Shown here: piece after piece, positions 37,820 to 48,879 of the stretch
Numbering within the stretch: position 1 is the stretch's first letter
Layout of the letters: each line of letters starts with the position of its first letter
Source: Psammoneis japonica
Taxonomy: Eukaryota
Assembly (NCBI GenBank): GCA_008632985.1
Contig: QPGO01000170.1
Coordinates: 1-64,000 of the forward strand
DNA: 64,000 bases
Direction: 5' to 3'
The notes under the pieces: model-generated
What the model saw: the letters and a program-made list of their open reading frames with translations, nothing else
Databases searched by the model: none
Told to the model about the DNA's origin: nothing
Made by a program: the position numbers and the translations under genes

Positions 37820-39039
37820 ATTGGGACCGAATGCATGAATTGCTTTTGGTTTGCAAAGAAAGAGAGGGTGACTGCAATGTTCGAAGAAGCCATGTCGAGG
37901 GTGGGAAGAACCTTGGAGCGTGGCCAAGCTGGCAACGTCATTTGAGAAAAGCGGGAAAGCTTGACAGTTCTCTCGAGAAATGGCTCAAAGACGTTAACGT
38001 TGCTTGGGATGTTTTTTCTGAACGTTGGGAAGAAATGTTTTGACTCCTCGTCCAACACAATGAATGCGAGGGGGGTTGCGACACACCACAAAGACACAAA
38101 GAGGATGGAAAGAACCTTGGAGCATGGTCAAGCACCCAGCGTGTCATGAGGAATGCTGGGAAGCTTGACAATGTTCTTGAGGAATGGCTCAAACATGCTG
38201 GCATTGCTTGGGATGTTCCTTCTGAACGTTGGGAAGAAATGTTTCGACTCCTCGTCCAACACAAGAAACGCGAGGGGGGTTGCGACGCACCACAAAGACC
38301 CAAAGAGGATGGAAAAAATCTTGGTGCGTGGCCAGTTGGGCAGCGTTTTTTGAGGAATGCCGGGAAGCTCGACAGTGCTCCCAAGGAACGGCTCAAAGAC
38401 GTTGGCGTTGCTTGGAATGTTGCTGCTGAATGTTGGGAAGCAATGTTTCAACTCCTCGTCCAATGCAAGAAACGCGAAGGGGATTGTGATGTTCCAAACA
38501 GACACACAGAGGATGGAAAGAAACTTGGAAGTTGGTTCCACAGGCAACGCGAGAAATGGAAGGCCGGGAAGCTCGACAGTGTCCTTGAGGAACGTCTCGA
38601 AGACGTTGGCGTTGCTTGGAATGTTCCTTCTGAAAGATGGGAAGAAATGTTTGGACTCCTCGCACAACATGAGAAACGCGAGAGACATTGTTTTGTTAAA
38701 CGAAGGCATGTCGAGGATGGGGAGAACCTTGGTGCGTGGTTAAATAGGCAGCGTGCTTCGAGGAATGCAAGGAAACTCAATGACATTCTTGAGGAACGGC
38801 TCGAAGATGTTGGCGTTTCTTGGAATGTTGCTTCTGAATTCTGGGAAGCAATGTTTCGACTCCTCGTCCAATATAAGAAACGCGAGGGGAGTTGCGACGT
38901 TCCAAAAAGGCACATAGAGGATGGGAGGAATCTTGGAGGGTGGTTACAGAGTCAACGCAGAGCGAGAAAAGCCGATGAACTGGATCACGATCGTGAGAAA
39001 CGCTTGGAACAAATTGGCATTCGGTGGAGCATTCGATAG
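37820..39039 (+). repeat. Six tandem 204-bp (68-aa) HA-domain repeats
   Basis: Equivalent positions at 37849, 38053, 38257, 38461, 38665, 38869; consensus WEEMFRLLVQYKKREGxCDVPxRHxEDGKNLGAWLxxQR. Confidence 0.95.
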
Positions 39040-39320
39040 GTTATTAATTGAAATATTGTTTCTACTCTCACGAAATCTTTGTAATGCCAGCACCCTATCG
39101 GGTCGCTTATCTTTGAAAGCTCAACAAACGGTAATCTTGTTTCCCTTGCGTCATCGCGTTTCGTCAGTCCGCCATGGCTTTTCTATGTTCCGACGATACT
39201 AACAAAAGCCGTGAGTCGCTGATCGATTACCGGTATGCTGGGAGAGCGCATATCGATAGTTGCCGGTTCGAGAAGTCGCCGCTTTCTATTATGATTCGAG
39301 GATTTCAGTTTCTCCGTTAT

Positions 39321-40295
39321 TTACTTTGCCAACAAGTCATCCTCGGACCCAATGCAATGATTGCAAAACTTGTAGTAATCATACTTTTGAATCATGTGCT
39401 CCCTCAACACTACTTGTCGGTTCTTGTCGCTCCACAGACACTCCTCGAGCGTTCTGTTTCGCTCAGCATTTGTTCTTCGATTGTAAAACTCGGAAAATGT
39501 TATTCTCTTTTGTTGCAGACGCCTTCCGATGTATTCCATGTACTCTGTTGTCTGCTTGTAATCAAAGCACTTTACCGTAAAGTTGAACAATTCACTCAGC
39601 AACTGATGGGAGAATCGCTCCATTTTCGTAATGCACTTGTCCGCTTGCCGAATCATCATATTGTTGCCATTGCATTTAAATTCAATTCCTTGATGATTGC
39701 ATTGTGACAATAAATGATCGATTGGGTCTCGACACGGTACGTGTAACTCCACGGGATACGGCCACGTTCCAAATTGCTTGATCCATTCTCCCCAATGAAC
39801 TTCGAGGCTGACGTAGTCACAATCTTCAAACCCAATTTCTGTCATGACGTCCCAAGGAACATTCAGACGGTTGTTTTGATTTGTACCCACCTTAGACATT
39901 GTGTCTTGAGCAGAATATTCGATTTCAGGAGACTTGTTGTTTCTCATAATAGTACTGTACTTTGCATTCGCCTTGTAAGCGTCGTAAGAGTAGCCCTTGT
40001 TTCCGCAGACTCGTTCATACTTTGCCGCTAATTCTCCATTCAGGTTGGTTCCCGCTGTCTTCATAATGTGAACATGGCCATACAGCACTGGCTGGTGACG
40101 AGTCTTTGATTCAAACTGAAGTTTTGCTTCTCTCTCGGCAGACAAAATCCTGCGCTCCTGGAAAAGGAAGATGCAGAGACTCGTCAATAACACTGATCTT
40201 ATGCTGCATTTCCAAACCAGTTTATTTCTTTTTCTTGTATCTCGACAATCATACCAACGCGAGAGACCTTGTTTGGGTCGAACTGCAGCCACCAT
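39321..40295 (-). CDS. Type II membrane protein, sulfotransferase-like
   Basis: N-terminal TM anchor, YGHVHIMKTAGT (5'-PAPS-binding-like loop), RDPIDHLLS (3'-PAPS-like motif); normal composition. Confidence 0.65.
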   Translation of the reverse strand: MVAAVRPKQGLSRWYDCRDTRKRNKLVWKCSIRSVLLTSLCIFLFQERRILSAEREAKLQFESKTRHQPVLYGHVHIMKTAGTNLNGELAAKYERVCGNKGYSYDAYKANAKYSTIMRNNKSPEIEYSAQDTMSKVGTNQNNRLNVPWDVMTEIGFEDCDYVSLEVHWGEWIKQFGTWPYPVELHVPCRDPIDHLLSQCNHQGIEFKCNGNNMMIRQADKCITKMERFSHQLLSELFNFTVKCFDYKQTTEYMEYIGRRLQQKRITFSEFYNRRTNAERNRTLEECLWSDKNRQVVLREHMIQKYDYYKFCNHCIGSEDDLLAK

Positions 40296-40519
40296 GATGA
40301 TGGTTCGACAAAAGGCCCTAACAGCACTCGGTGATAATAAGTATCGGTAACTAACCCACCAGCGCATCTCTGTTCTCTGTTCGCGATGACGGTCCAAGTG
40401 GGCCGTTTTCTTGTTGGCCGCCAATGCAACAGGAGGTGAGCACCTGCGACTCTGTCAGCAACAGCACTGACTGCAGTGAGTCCAGCTTTACTACAGAGCT
40501 TGGTGTTGATTGCATCCGG

Positions 40520-41800
40520 TGATGGTTATGCAGCCAACGGAAGTCTGTTGTGAACAAGAACCAACAATCTTTTCTGGTGGGGTTTGCGCACTCAGAGCAA
40601 GTTTCCATGTGTCGTGCTCTTGCTTGCTGCTGCTCTTTGAAATGTGCACTCCAAACTCAGTTCAGGCAGAGCAGTGCATGAGTCCCAAGAGCTTGGTCAA
40701 AACCTCTTGCCTGCTTGTGCCAAGGATTCTCTTTGGGTGCACAAATCCGCCGTTCCTTGCTTGTGCATCCATGGCCAAGAGGGGGGAGAGAGCAGAAAAA
40801 ACCAAAATGGCGGCAAAATGAAAACACACGTCTCAAGTCAAAATTGTCAAAGGACAAAATGACAAAAATGCATCATCTCACTGTGCTTGCCCCACCACAG
40901 CTTTCAAACATTGTTGTGTGTTGCTGATGACACTTTGGCAAAAGAGCAAAACAAGAGAATGGTGCAGCTTTGTTGTTTGTCCAACCCCTGCAGGAGTTCA
41001 CTCTGACACCAAGCAGCAACCTTGGTCACAACAAAAGAGTGGGAGCTTCTTGACAGCCAGCAGGCTGGAGACCACAATGCAAGAATTTGGGGCACAAGAG
41101 AGACCCTGCTGTGAATGGCTTGTTTCTGGTCACATGCAACAGAGAGGGAACACCAGCTTTTTGCAAGGCAAAAATGCCAAGCCAAGCCCAAATGGACGAC
41201 ACATTGCATCAAAAGATTTCACAAAAGCGGAGGATCAATTTGGGGTTTTCCCTGGAGACACCTTTGAAATGTTTCCCTTGTCCTCACCCATCTTTGCTTT
41301 CCACCATGTGTGCCTGCTGTTTTCTCTGTTTGCACACGCGCATCACCATTTTTGGACATCCCTCTTTGTTGTGTGGCTGGTCAGTTCTTTCATCCACATC
41401 ACCGCTGACAAAAGGCATGTGGAAACTCCTGGTGCTGCCTCACACCCCTGCTGAATTCTCCACACTGTTGCTCTCCAATGACCATTGGCATGGTCTCCTC
41501 TTCCTTTGAGTTGGGAAGTCCTCATTGCCAAAAGAAAATCAATGCAAAACTTTTTGTAAAGGACTTGCAGCTGACTGCCACAGGAGCTGTGAGTGCCACT
41601 GTGGTGTTTTCCTTGGGTCTTGCCTGGGTTTGTTGCACACCAAGACTTGCAGCATGTTGCTGGATCCAGCAAAACATGTTCATTGTGTCTTTGTGCAAGC
41701 TTTGTGCTTCTGTTTTCAACTCTTTGACCTGTCCCATTCTTCCATCTTCAACCTTGTCCATTTTTTACAACACCAGTGAATTGTCCTGCGACATCAAATT
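40520..41800. other. TpA-depleted intergenic island
   Basis: About 1.3 kb with only isolated TA, between two intact genes. Confidence 0.8.
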
Positions 41801-42091
41801 GCTGCGTTAAGCTGCTGTCACTGGCATTGTGCTGTCAGTATGTTGTAAACGTTGAGGCGAGTTGCAGCGTACACAGCAGCAACTAACAGTGGAGAGAAGC
41901 TGGGAAACCAGCAATGCAACGCCCATATAAAATCGCCAAAAATAAAAAAGTTACAATAAAGATAAATCCACAACGTCTAAGTCCAATAGTTAGTAGTACC
42001 TCCCAAAGGTACGCGTCAAATTCAATGCTTCAATTTCGCAGATTCTTCACAGCGTCTCGCCACACATCATATTGTTTCATCTTATTAACAA

Positions 42092-43243
42092 TTACCTCCC
42101 ACCTTGACGCCCGGGTGTACCAGGACGTCCTCCGCCATAGCCTCCTCGTTGCTGCGCGGCACTGGCAGGTTTCAGAATTTGAAACGAGCACATGAGGGTA
42201 TCGTCCACCGTCATCATGGCTCCGGCATTGTCAAATTCGCCACAATAATTGGGTGCCGAAAAGACAGTCACCAATTCCCGCCCGGCGAAAAACTCGTAGC
42301 CGTCCTCCACCACTTGATGGGCTCGAACGACCAAGTCCAAATCGTGTCTGCGAAGGAATTGGCGAACCACGTCTCCGCCAAAGGTAAAGGAAACGCCGCG
42401 GTCATTTTCTCCCCAGCCCTGTGAGTTTATAGTGATGGCGAGTTTGAAGAGAGTGAGAGTAATGAAAAATGCATAAGTATCTCATAGCTGTTTGTAATAC
42501 GTACAGTAATGCTTGGATCGGGGTCAGCCCATAGGATATCACAGAGCAGTCCAGTATCAGGCACATCACACGGCCGAGCGATATTGGCAATCTGTTCCAT
42601 TTGGCTAAGTTCGGGAGAGAGTCCTCCGTGCATGCAAATAATCTTGTCATCAATGACAGCACAGCATGGCAAACAATTAAAGGTGTTGCAGAATTGTTTC
42701 CAAATCTTGACCGAGAAGCGACGACGGCACTCGTCATAAAAGCCATAAATCCGATTAATCCCGGCACACTCGTGGTTTCCCCGTAGCAAGAAAAAGTTTT
42801 CGGGGTACTTGATTTTATACGCAAACAACAAACACACCACCTCGACAGACTGCTTGCCGCGATCGACATAATCACCCAAGAACAAGTAATTGGCCTGATG
42901 GAGCGAGTGAGAGTGAGAACGTTGAGTCACGAGGCGCATACCAGAACAGCAACACGAGCCAAGCACGATACTTTCTGCTACTCACTTCTGGAGGAAACCC
43001 TCCGTATTCAAACAAGCGCAGCAAATCCGTGTATTGTCCGTGCACATCACCACAAATCTTGATGGGCGCTCCCAACTCCAACAGCATGGGTTGACTCAAA
43101 AATACCTCTCGTGCCTGATTGCAGAGCGTTGTGGCATCCTGAACCGAAATGTCCACCGGTGTTCCCGGACGTTTGTTACGTGCCTGCAGCAATTGATCAA
43201 TCATGCCGTCAACCCACGCATCGTCTGGAGCTGACTGAGGCAT
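42092..43243 (-). CDS. PP1: Serine/threonine protein phosphatase 1 catalytic subunit
   Basis: [28 protein letters not shown]; exons 43243-42986, 42894-42505, 42418-42092 with GT-AG introns. Confidence 0.97.
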
Positions 43244-44116
43244 TTTTGAATATAATATTAATGTAATTCAGAAACTACAATCGCTCAACACCCGCAGTAG
43301 CTCTGCGTAACTCTGCCTCCGACACGAACTAGTACCGTAAGCACGTGATTCTCGCTCCTCTGCCGACAATTTCGCACCCGCGCTCAATCTACCGACTAGA
43401 ACGCTGTCCAGAAGTACAAAAAACAACGCAACAAGAGCTTGTAAGTAAGAGGAAGTTCAGTCATAATCACTAAAAACTACAGAAATGCGAGATAAACGTC
43501 CGTCAGTGTACCCGTTTCTGTGGGACTTGCATCGACAGAATACCGCTCAACGAGACCATGACAACCCATATGTCCTCTTTATCATGCATACAATACTTCT
43601 CTGCTTACCCTTTTCGTGTGTTCAAGAGAGTTGTTGTGCTGCTGGTGGTGTTGTGTAAGAAACAAAACACACACCGACCGTGCGAGCAAAAATGCCGAGC
43701 GCCGCAATGCTTCTCAGAGTGTTTCTACGCACGTTTTGTACGAAAGGCACGTGCGTCGCGTGGAACGAAACGAAGGAACGTGAACCACCAGACCGTGTGT
43801 CTGTACCTCGTCCGTAAACAATTTTCGGAGTGGGTAATTATCAGTATCAGTACTTTAAGGTTTCATTTTGTCTGTTATCAAAATTACATATATGGTTTTA
43901 ATACGTATATAAAACACATTCATTAAGAGATTAAGGCCATTAATTTGACCGTTGACAACCGTTCTATTCATTTGTATACAAATTATTATATAATAGATAA
44001 AAAGTAGCCGCGACACATTTTGGATTTTTGTCAAGAACAAAAAAGCAGACAAAGAACGACGTGCTCTTGTGTTTGTGTTCGTTGTTGCCTTGTATCCATC
44101 AAGTATACAACTTACC

Positions 44117-47100
44117 ATGCAACACGATATACCAGCATGGGAAGCAAGCAAGGAGAATGCGGCTCCGTTGGAACGAGGTCGCAATGTCGCAACCTTGGAA
44201 CGAGCTCTCACGTCAACCAAAAAGGAAGCGGACGATCCCATGATTGCGCAGTACGAAAAGTTGATTCGTCCCTCTGAGCACGGTCAAGCAAATCCGGACA
44301 ATGATCCACTCATTCATTGGTTGTCCTATATCAAGTACCATCAAGAAGAATATTCGTCCAACACGAGGCAACAGTTTCTTTTGTTGGAACGCTGCACGCG
44401 AGCGTTGGAAAAGATGGATCGATACAAGGATGACATTCGCTTTGTCCGAGTCTGCATCATGTACGCCGACAAGACGGCTGTCCCAAATGATGTCTTTCAA
44501 TTTCTCTACTCGAAGCAGATTGGAAGTCATGTGGCGCTCTTTTGGATTGCGTGGGCGTGGGTGGCGGAAAGCAATGAGAATTATGCACTCTGTGAAAAGA
44601 TTTATCGCAAAGCACTGAGCAAACAAGCCAAGCCTTTCAAGAAGTTACAACACCGACATGAGCAGTTCCAACGGCGCATGAGTAAAAAGTGGTTGACTCA
44701 ACAAGAAGAACAGAGTCACGAAGTATTCGACGAACAGGAGCCTCAACGAAGAACGCTGGGACAATTGAGTCGGTATAGTTCCGAACGGAATGATCGAGCC
44801 AGTCATCATCATCATCAACAACATCAGCCTGGAAGTAGCCATTTATCTACCTTCTCGGTGCGTAACACGAGTCGAGATCAACGAGTATCATCACGATCTC
44901 GGAGCAACAGCAACAAAGCGACTAAATTTGACATATTTGTCGAGGATGGTACGGCAGATCCATCGTCTGGGTACAGCTTTTTGGATATATCACGAGAAGA
45001 ACGAAGTACCAGTATTCGAGAATTGACCAAGGAAGCAGATCGTATCAAGGAGAATACCATTCAGGCACATCGTTGGAATGAGCATGGTGGATTGCCATTG
45101 GGATCGACCGCATCCGGAAGCGCTGGAGCTTCTGCTCGTAGTGGACCGCCACCAGCCTTTGCCATTCATATCGATGATGAATTGGCGCAGCAGCATGAAC
45201 AAGAACGGAAACGTGCCGCCATGCATCGTGACGAGCGGACGCTAAGACAAAAAGTAGATGGTGGAGTGGTGAGTCGATAGATGATACAGGTGTGAGATGA
45301 CAGAACTGGCATAGATACTAACCCCGTCTTTCACTCCTCTTCTTTTGATTGAGTAGGCAGAGAAACTAGCTCGTGATCCTTTGCGGTATGTTCGACATCC
45401 TTCCAAGCTAGAGCAAGACCAAGCGCAGGATGACAAGACTTCACATCAGCAAGGCAGCACCCAGAATCTTCCGAGTAAAACGGAAAAGCACTCGAGCGGT
45501 CGAGGCATTTCGTGTGGATTCAACAAGAAGCTCTTGTCAAAAGACTCGAACGGAATGGAGCAATGCTTTGAGGAAGGTCGAGCTCGTCATGGGCGTTTCC
45601 GCATCGTTTCTCCAGATGAGAACTTTAACTTTCTTGCTACAACCGAGGAGGATGACAGAACCTCCACAACAAACATGTCGAAAAGCATCGACTTCTCGGT
45701 GGAAGATGTTGAAATGGAAGAGGAGGAGGAGGAACAGCCCCTCCCACGCAAGAGTCTTTTCACACAAAATGACAGCTTTGAGCTATCCGTAGCAAATTTG
45801 TCCACCGCAAGCTCCACTGTAGATGAAGCCCATGCCGTTGGGGTCCCAACCAAGGAAGAAACCATCAATACCAAGATTGCCGCAAAAGAGTTGAGCATGA
45901 TGTTTTGCTCCAGTCCGGCCCTTGGTCTTATTCAGGAGACTGCCCGGAACGACGAACCTACAAATTTCACTGTATATCAAGATAATGCTTCCGATTCATT
46001 TGACAAAGGGAATCGATCGACCATATCTGCCAAAGTAAAGAATGCGGGAAGAGCACCAGTATTTTCTGTGTTTCAAGATCCCCCTTCAGAGTCGCTTGGG
46101 GGTAATGAAAACCAGCCGCCTGTTGTTACTTCTTCCAAAAGAAGTCGTGGTGATAAAGCAGCCTTCTCCATCTTTAAAGACGGTGCTACCGAATCCATTG
46201 ATAAAGAAAACAAGACTCGGCCGGCAGAAAGAGAGTCATCTGGCGATACGGCCACCTTTAGTGTGTTTCGAGATGTAATTCCAAGCTCACAAGGTAAGGG
46301 CGACCAAGTCCGTTCCAAGCAAAGTCAGCCTACAACTACAAGTGACTCGGATGAGTACGACACAGACGGGGAGGGGGACGGAATCACGGCCAACTTTGAT
46401 GCAATCAATGAGATATTCCGAACCAACGACGAGAATCAGGGACCCAAGAACCCCTTTGCACGTACAAACAAAAGCCGTGGGTTTGAGAAGAATGCGTTAC
46501 GAGCAATGGAGCCATCCGAAGTTGAGCAAGCGGATCCGGACGACTCTTCAGATGACAAATACTTTGAAGTCGAGACGCAGCCGGTAGAGAAATCCAATGT
46601 ACCAGTTGCTTCGAAGCAGGAACCAATGGTGTTCGAGATTTATTGTGATGAGGAGGGCAAGATGGACACTGATGCCATTTCTTCTACAAAGCCAGCGTTT
46701 GAAATATTCCAAGACAATGTTGAGGACGACAACGGTGGTGACACGGCAACCCTTTCGCTAGCAGGCGACTTTGCCAGGCAGCTAAATGATATTGCCGCAA
46801 CAACTCCCGCACCTGTCATGAACGAAAGTAACCGAATTGATGATTATCAGCCCAAATCACTACACAAGAGCGGTACTGTTCTGACAGATCATTCTCATTT
46901 TGGAGACATTTCACGTATTGACGAGACCAACCTCTCCTGGGACCGCGGACTTGCGCAACGTAGGACTGCAATCTCTTCGCCAGTATTTGATTCCGACAAC
47001 GACGCATTAGATTATGAGGAACTGCATAGGCAGGACATTAGCAAGGCCATCATTCATTTGGAAAGCCAAGCCGGGGAATTGGCAGGGACTAGATCTTCCC

Positions 47101-48279
47101 GCAGCGCTCCTATCTTGACGAGGATGCTAACTACAAAAGGATCAGTTCATCACAAACCGGATCACAAGATCCCTCCGGTGCTCTTCAGAAAGAAGAAGAA
47201 TGCCTCTGAGGGCACAGAAATTGACATGGGGGGTGAAAGAGGGGTGGTCAAACAAGAGCTTGGTCGGGGAGCTTACGGAGTGGTACTCTCGTTCGACTCC
47301 ACCAATGAAGAGAACGAGGATGAAGCAGCAGTAGTAACGATAGCGGTCAAGGCACAATCTCCTACTGACTGTTTGGCCTGGGAATACGTTGTATTGGGAA
47401 AAGTCGAAGAGCGAATCATGGATTATTGGGCAAGACGGATGAAGCAAACTCCGTTTCCTTTTCCTCTCGGTATTTCGTTTGTCTCGCTTTCGGACGGAGG
47501 GTATTTAGGAATGACAGCTGGTTCGAAGTCGGGATTCAATCTAGTTGACCTTGCCAATATTTACAAGCTACAGGAAGGAACATCGGTACCAGAGCTTGTT
47601 GTTCTTCATTATACTGCGCGGATGCTTCTCTGCCTGGAAACCCTCCATCGACATGGACAGATACTGGTAAGCACAATGTTGGACACAATGACAGATCTTG
47701 GTGCAATTTTTGCTCAATTGATGTTATCGATCTTTTCATTTTCAGCACTGTGATGTCAAGCCGGACAACTGGGTGCTGACAGCTTCTTCCGAGGCGTACG
47801 TGGGATGCGAGGAAGTTGTTCCTGCTTCGGATCTAATGTTGGTTGACTTTGGTCGTGCAGTAGATTTAAAGGCTGTTGCTAAGCCTGGTCAAGATCCGAT
47901 GGACGTCAAGTTGCGCGGGGATGCCGCAGGGCAAGACATGGCGTGTGTAGCAATGCGAGAAGGACGCCCGTGGTCCTTTGATATCGATACTTTTGGTCTT
48001 TGCGCTTCAGCCCACATTCTCTTGTTTGGATCTCACATGGAAATTGAAGTACACAAAAGGACACAACAATGGCGACTGCGCAAGCCCCTTCGTCGGTATT
48101 GGAACAGAAGCTTGTGGAATGATTTGTTTAGTAGCCTGCTGAATGTGGACGGTGTTATTCAATCTCAATTACAATCGCTTCGACTTGCATTTGAAAGTCA
48201 TCTGCGAGAGAATGGAAAAGAGCTTGCAGTCTTGCTCAAACGACAGGCAAGATTCTTGCCACAGAAACGACCCACGTAA
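44117..48279 (+). CDS. BUB1: Spindle checkpoint kinase BUB1/BUBR1 (MADBUB)
   Basis: WEASKENAAPLERGR KEN box, Mad3/BUB1 TPR region, GLEBS-like EQCFEEGRAR, CDI-like TINTKIAAKELSMMF, kinase GRGAYG/HCDVKPDN/DFG; exons 44117-45268, 45357-47666, 47746-48279. Confidence 0.93.
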
Positions 48280-48879
48280 TGGCAGGAATGAGTTAACGGG
48301 ATTCCGCAGCTTCAAAGACGACTACTAGAGGTGGGAGTAAGGCGACGTGTTGACGGAAGCTGTCAATAGACCTTGATATTGTTTGCTGCGTTACGCCACT
48401 GAATACGGGTAGACGCAACATGAAGTAAACGATCTTGATTTTGTATCCTTTCCCCTTCCGTAGCACTGCTTTAGATTGCACCTCACCATTTTCTTCACAT
48501 TTCTTTTCCACGAATGGTACGAATACTTGTAGCCTTTTCCTATCCTGCTGCGCAGGTCGCTCGTTCTCTAGCTAAAGGAAGCTTGAGTCTGCCAAGCCCA
48601 CTTGCGATGGCGACGGCCGCACACTTGCAGCCAACACCGGTTGCGCACCCAAACAATTCCGCCCCCATGATGCCTAGCGCATCGCACCTTATCAAAAGTC
48701 GGGTCTGCGCAAACAAGGACAAGAAGTGAATTATCAGGCCACACCGTAGCCACACTGCCACGAGAGTCAGCATGCACATTATCGGCGGTTCAAGACAAAG
48801 TCGTAAATCTCTTGTGACAAAAGCTTTGCTTTCACTGCTGAAAGAATTTTGTGTGCACATGATGACAGCTTAAATGCTG

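Larger units (their letters stand above)
35430..39039 (+). pseudogene. Superfamily-2 (DEAD-like/ResIII-type) helicase with six C-terminal helicase-associated (HA) repeats, inactivated
   Basis: Motifs PPGWGKT (I), TPTLKLVDQ (Ia), FDEVH (II), LTATP (III), ATGVD (V), QMIGRVGR (VI); stops at 36371 and 38041; 129-bp internal duplication 36968-37220; non-coding insert about 37221-37660. Confidence 0.88.

Noticed and set aside
37820..39039. Regular repeats as a possible CRISPR-like array
   Set aside because: 204-bp in-frame coding units without unique spacers; eukaryotic context, no cas genes.
35430..39039. Alternative genetic code or RNA editing restoring Tyr
   Set aside because: The same site varies between Cys, His and Tyr among copies, stops and insertions co-occur, and neighbouring genes use the standard code.
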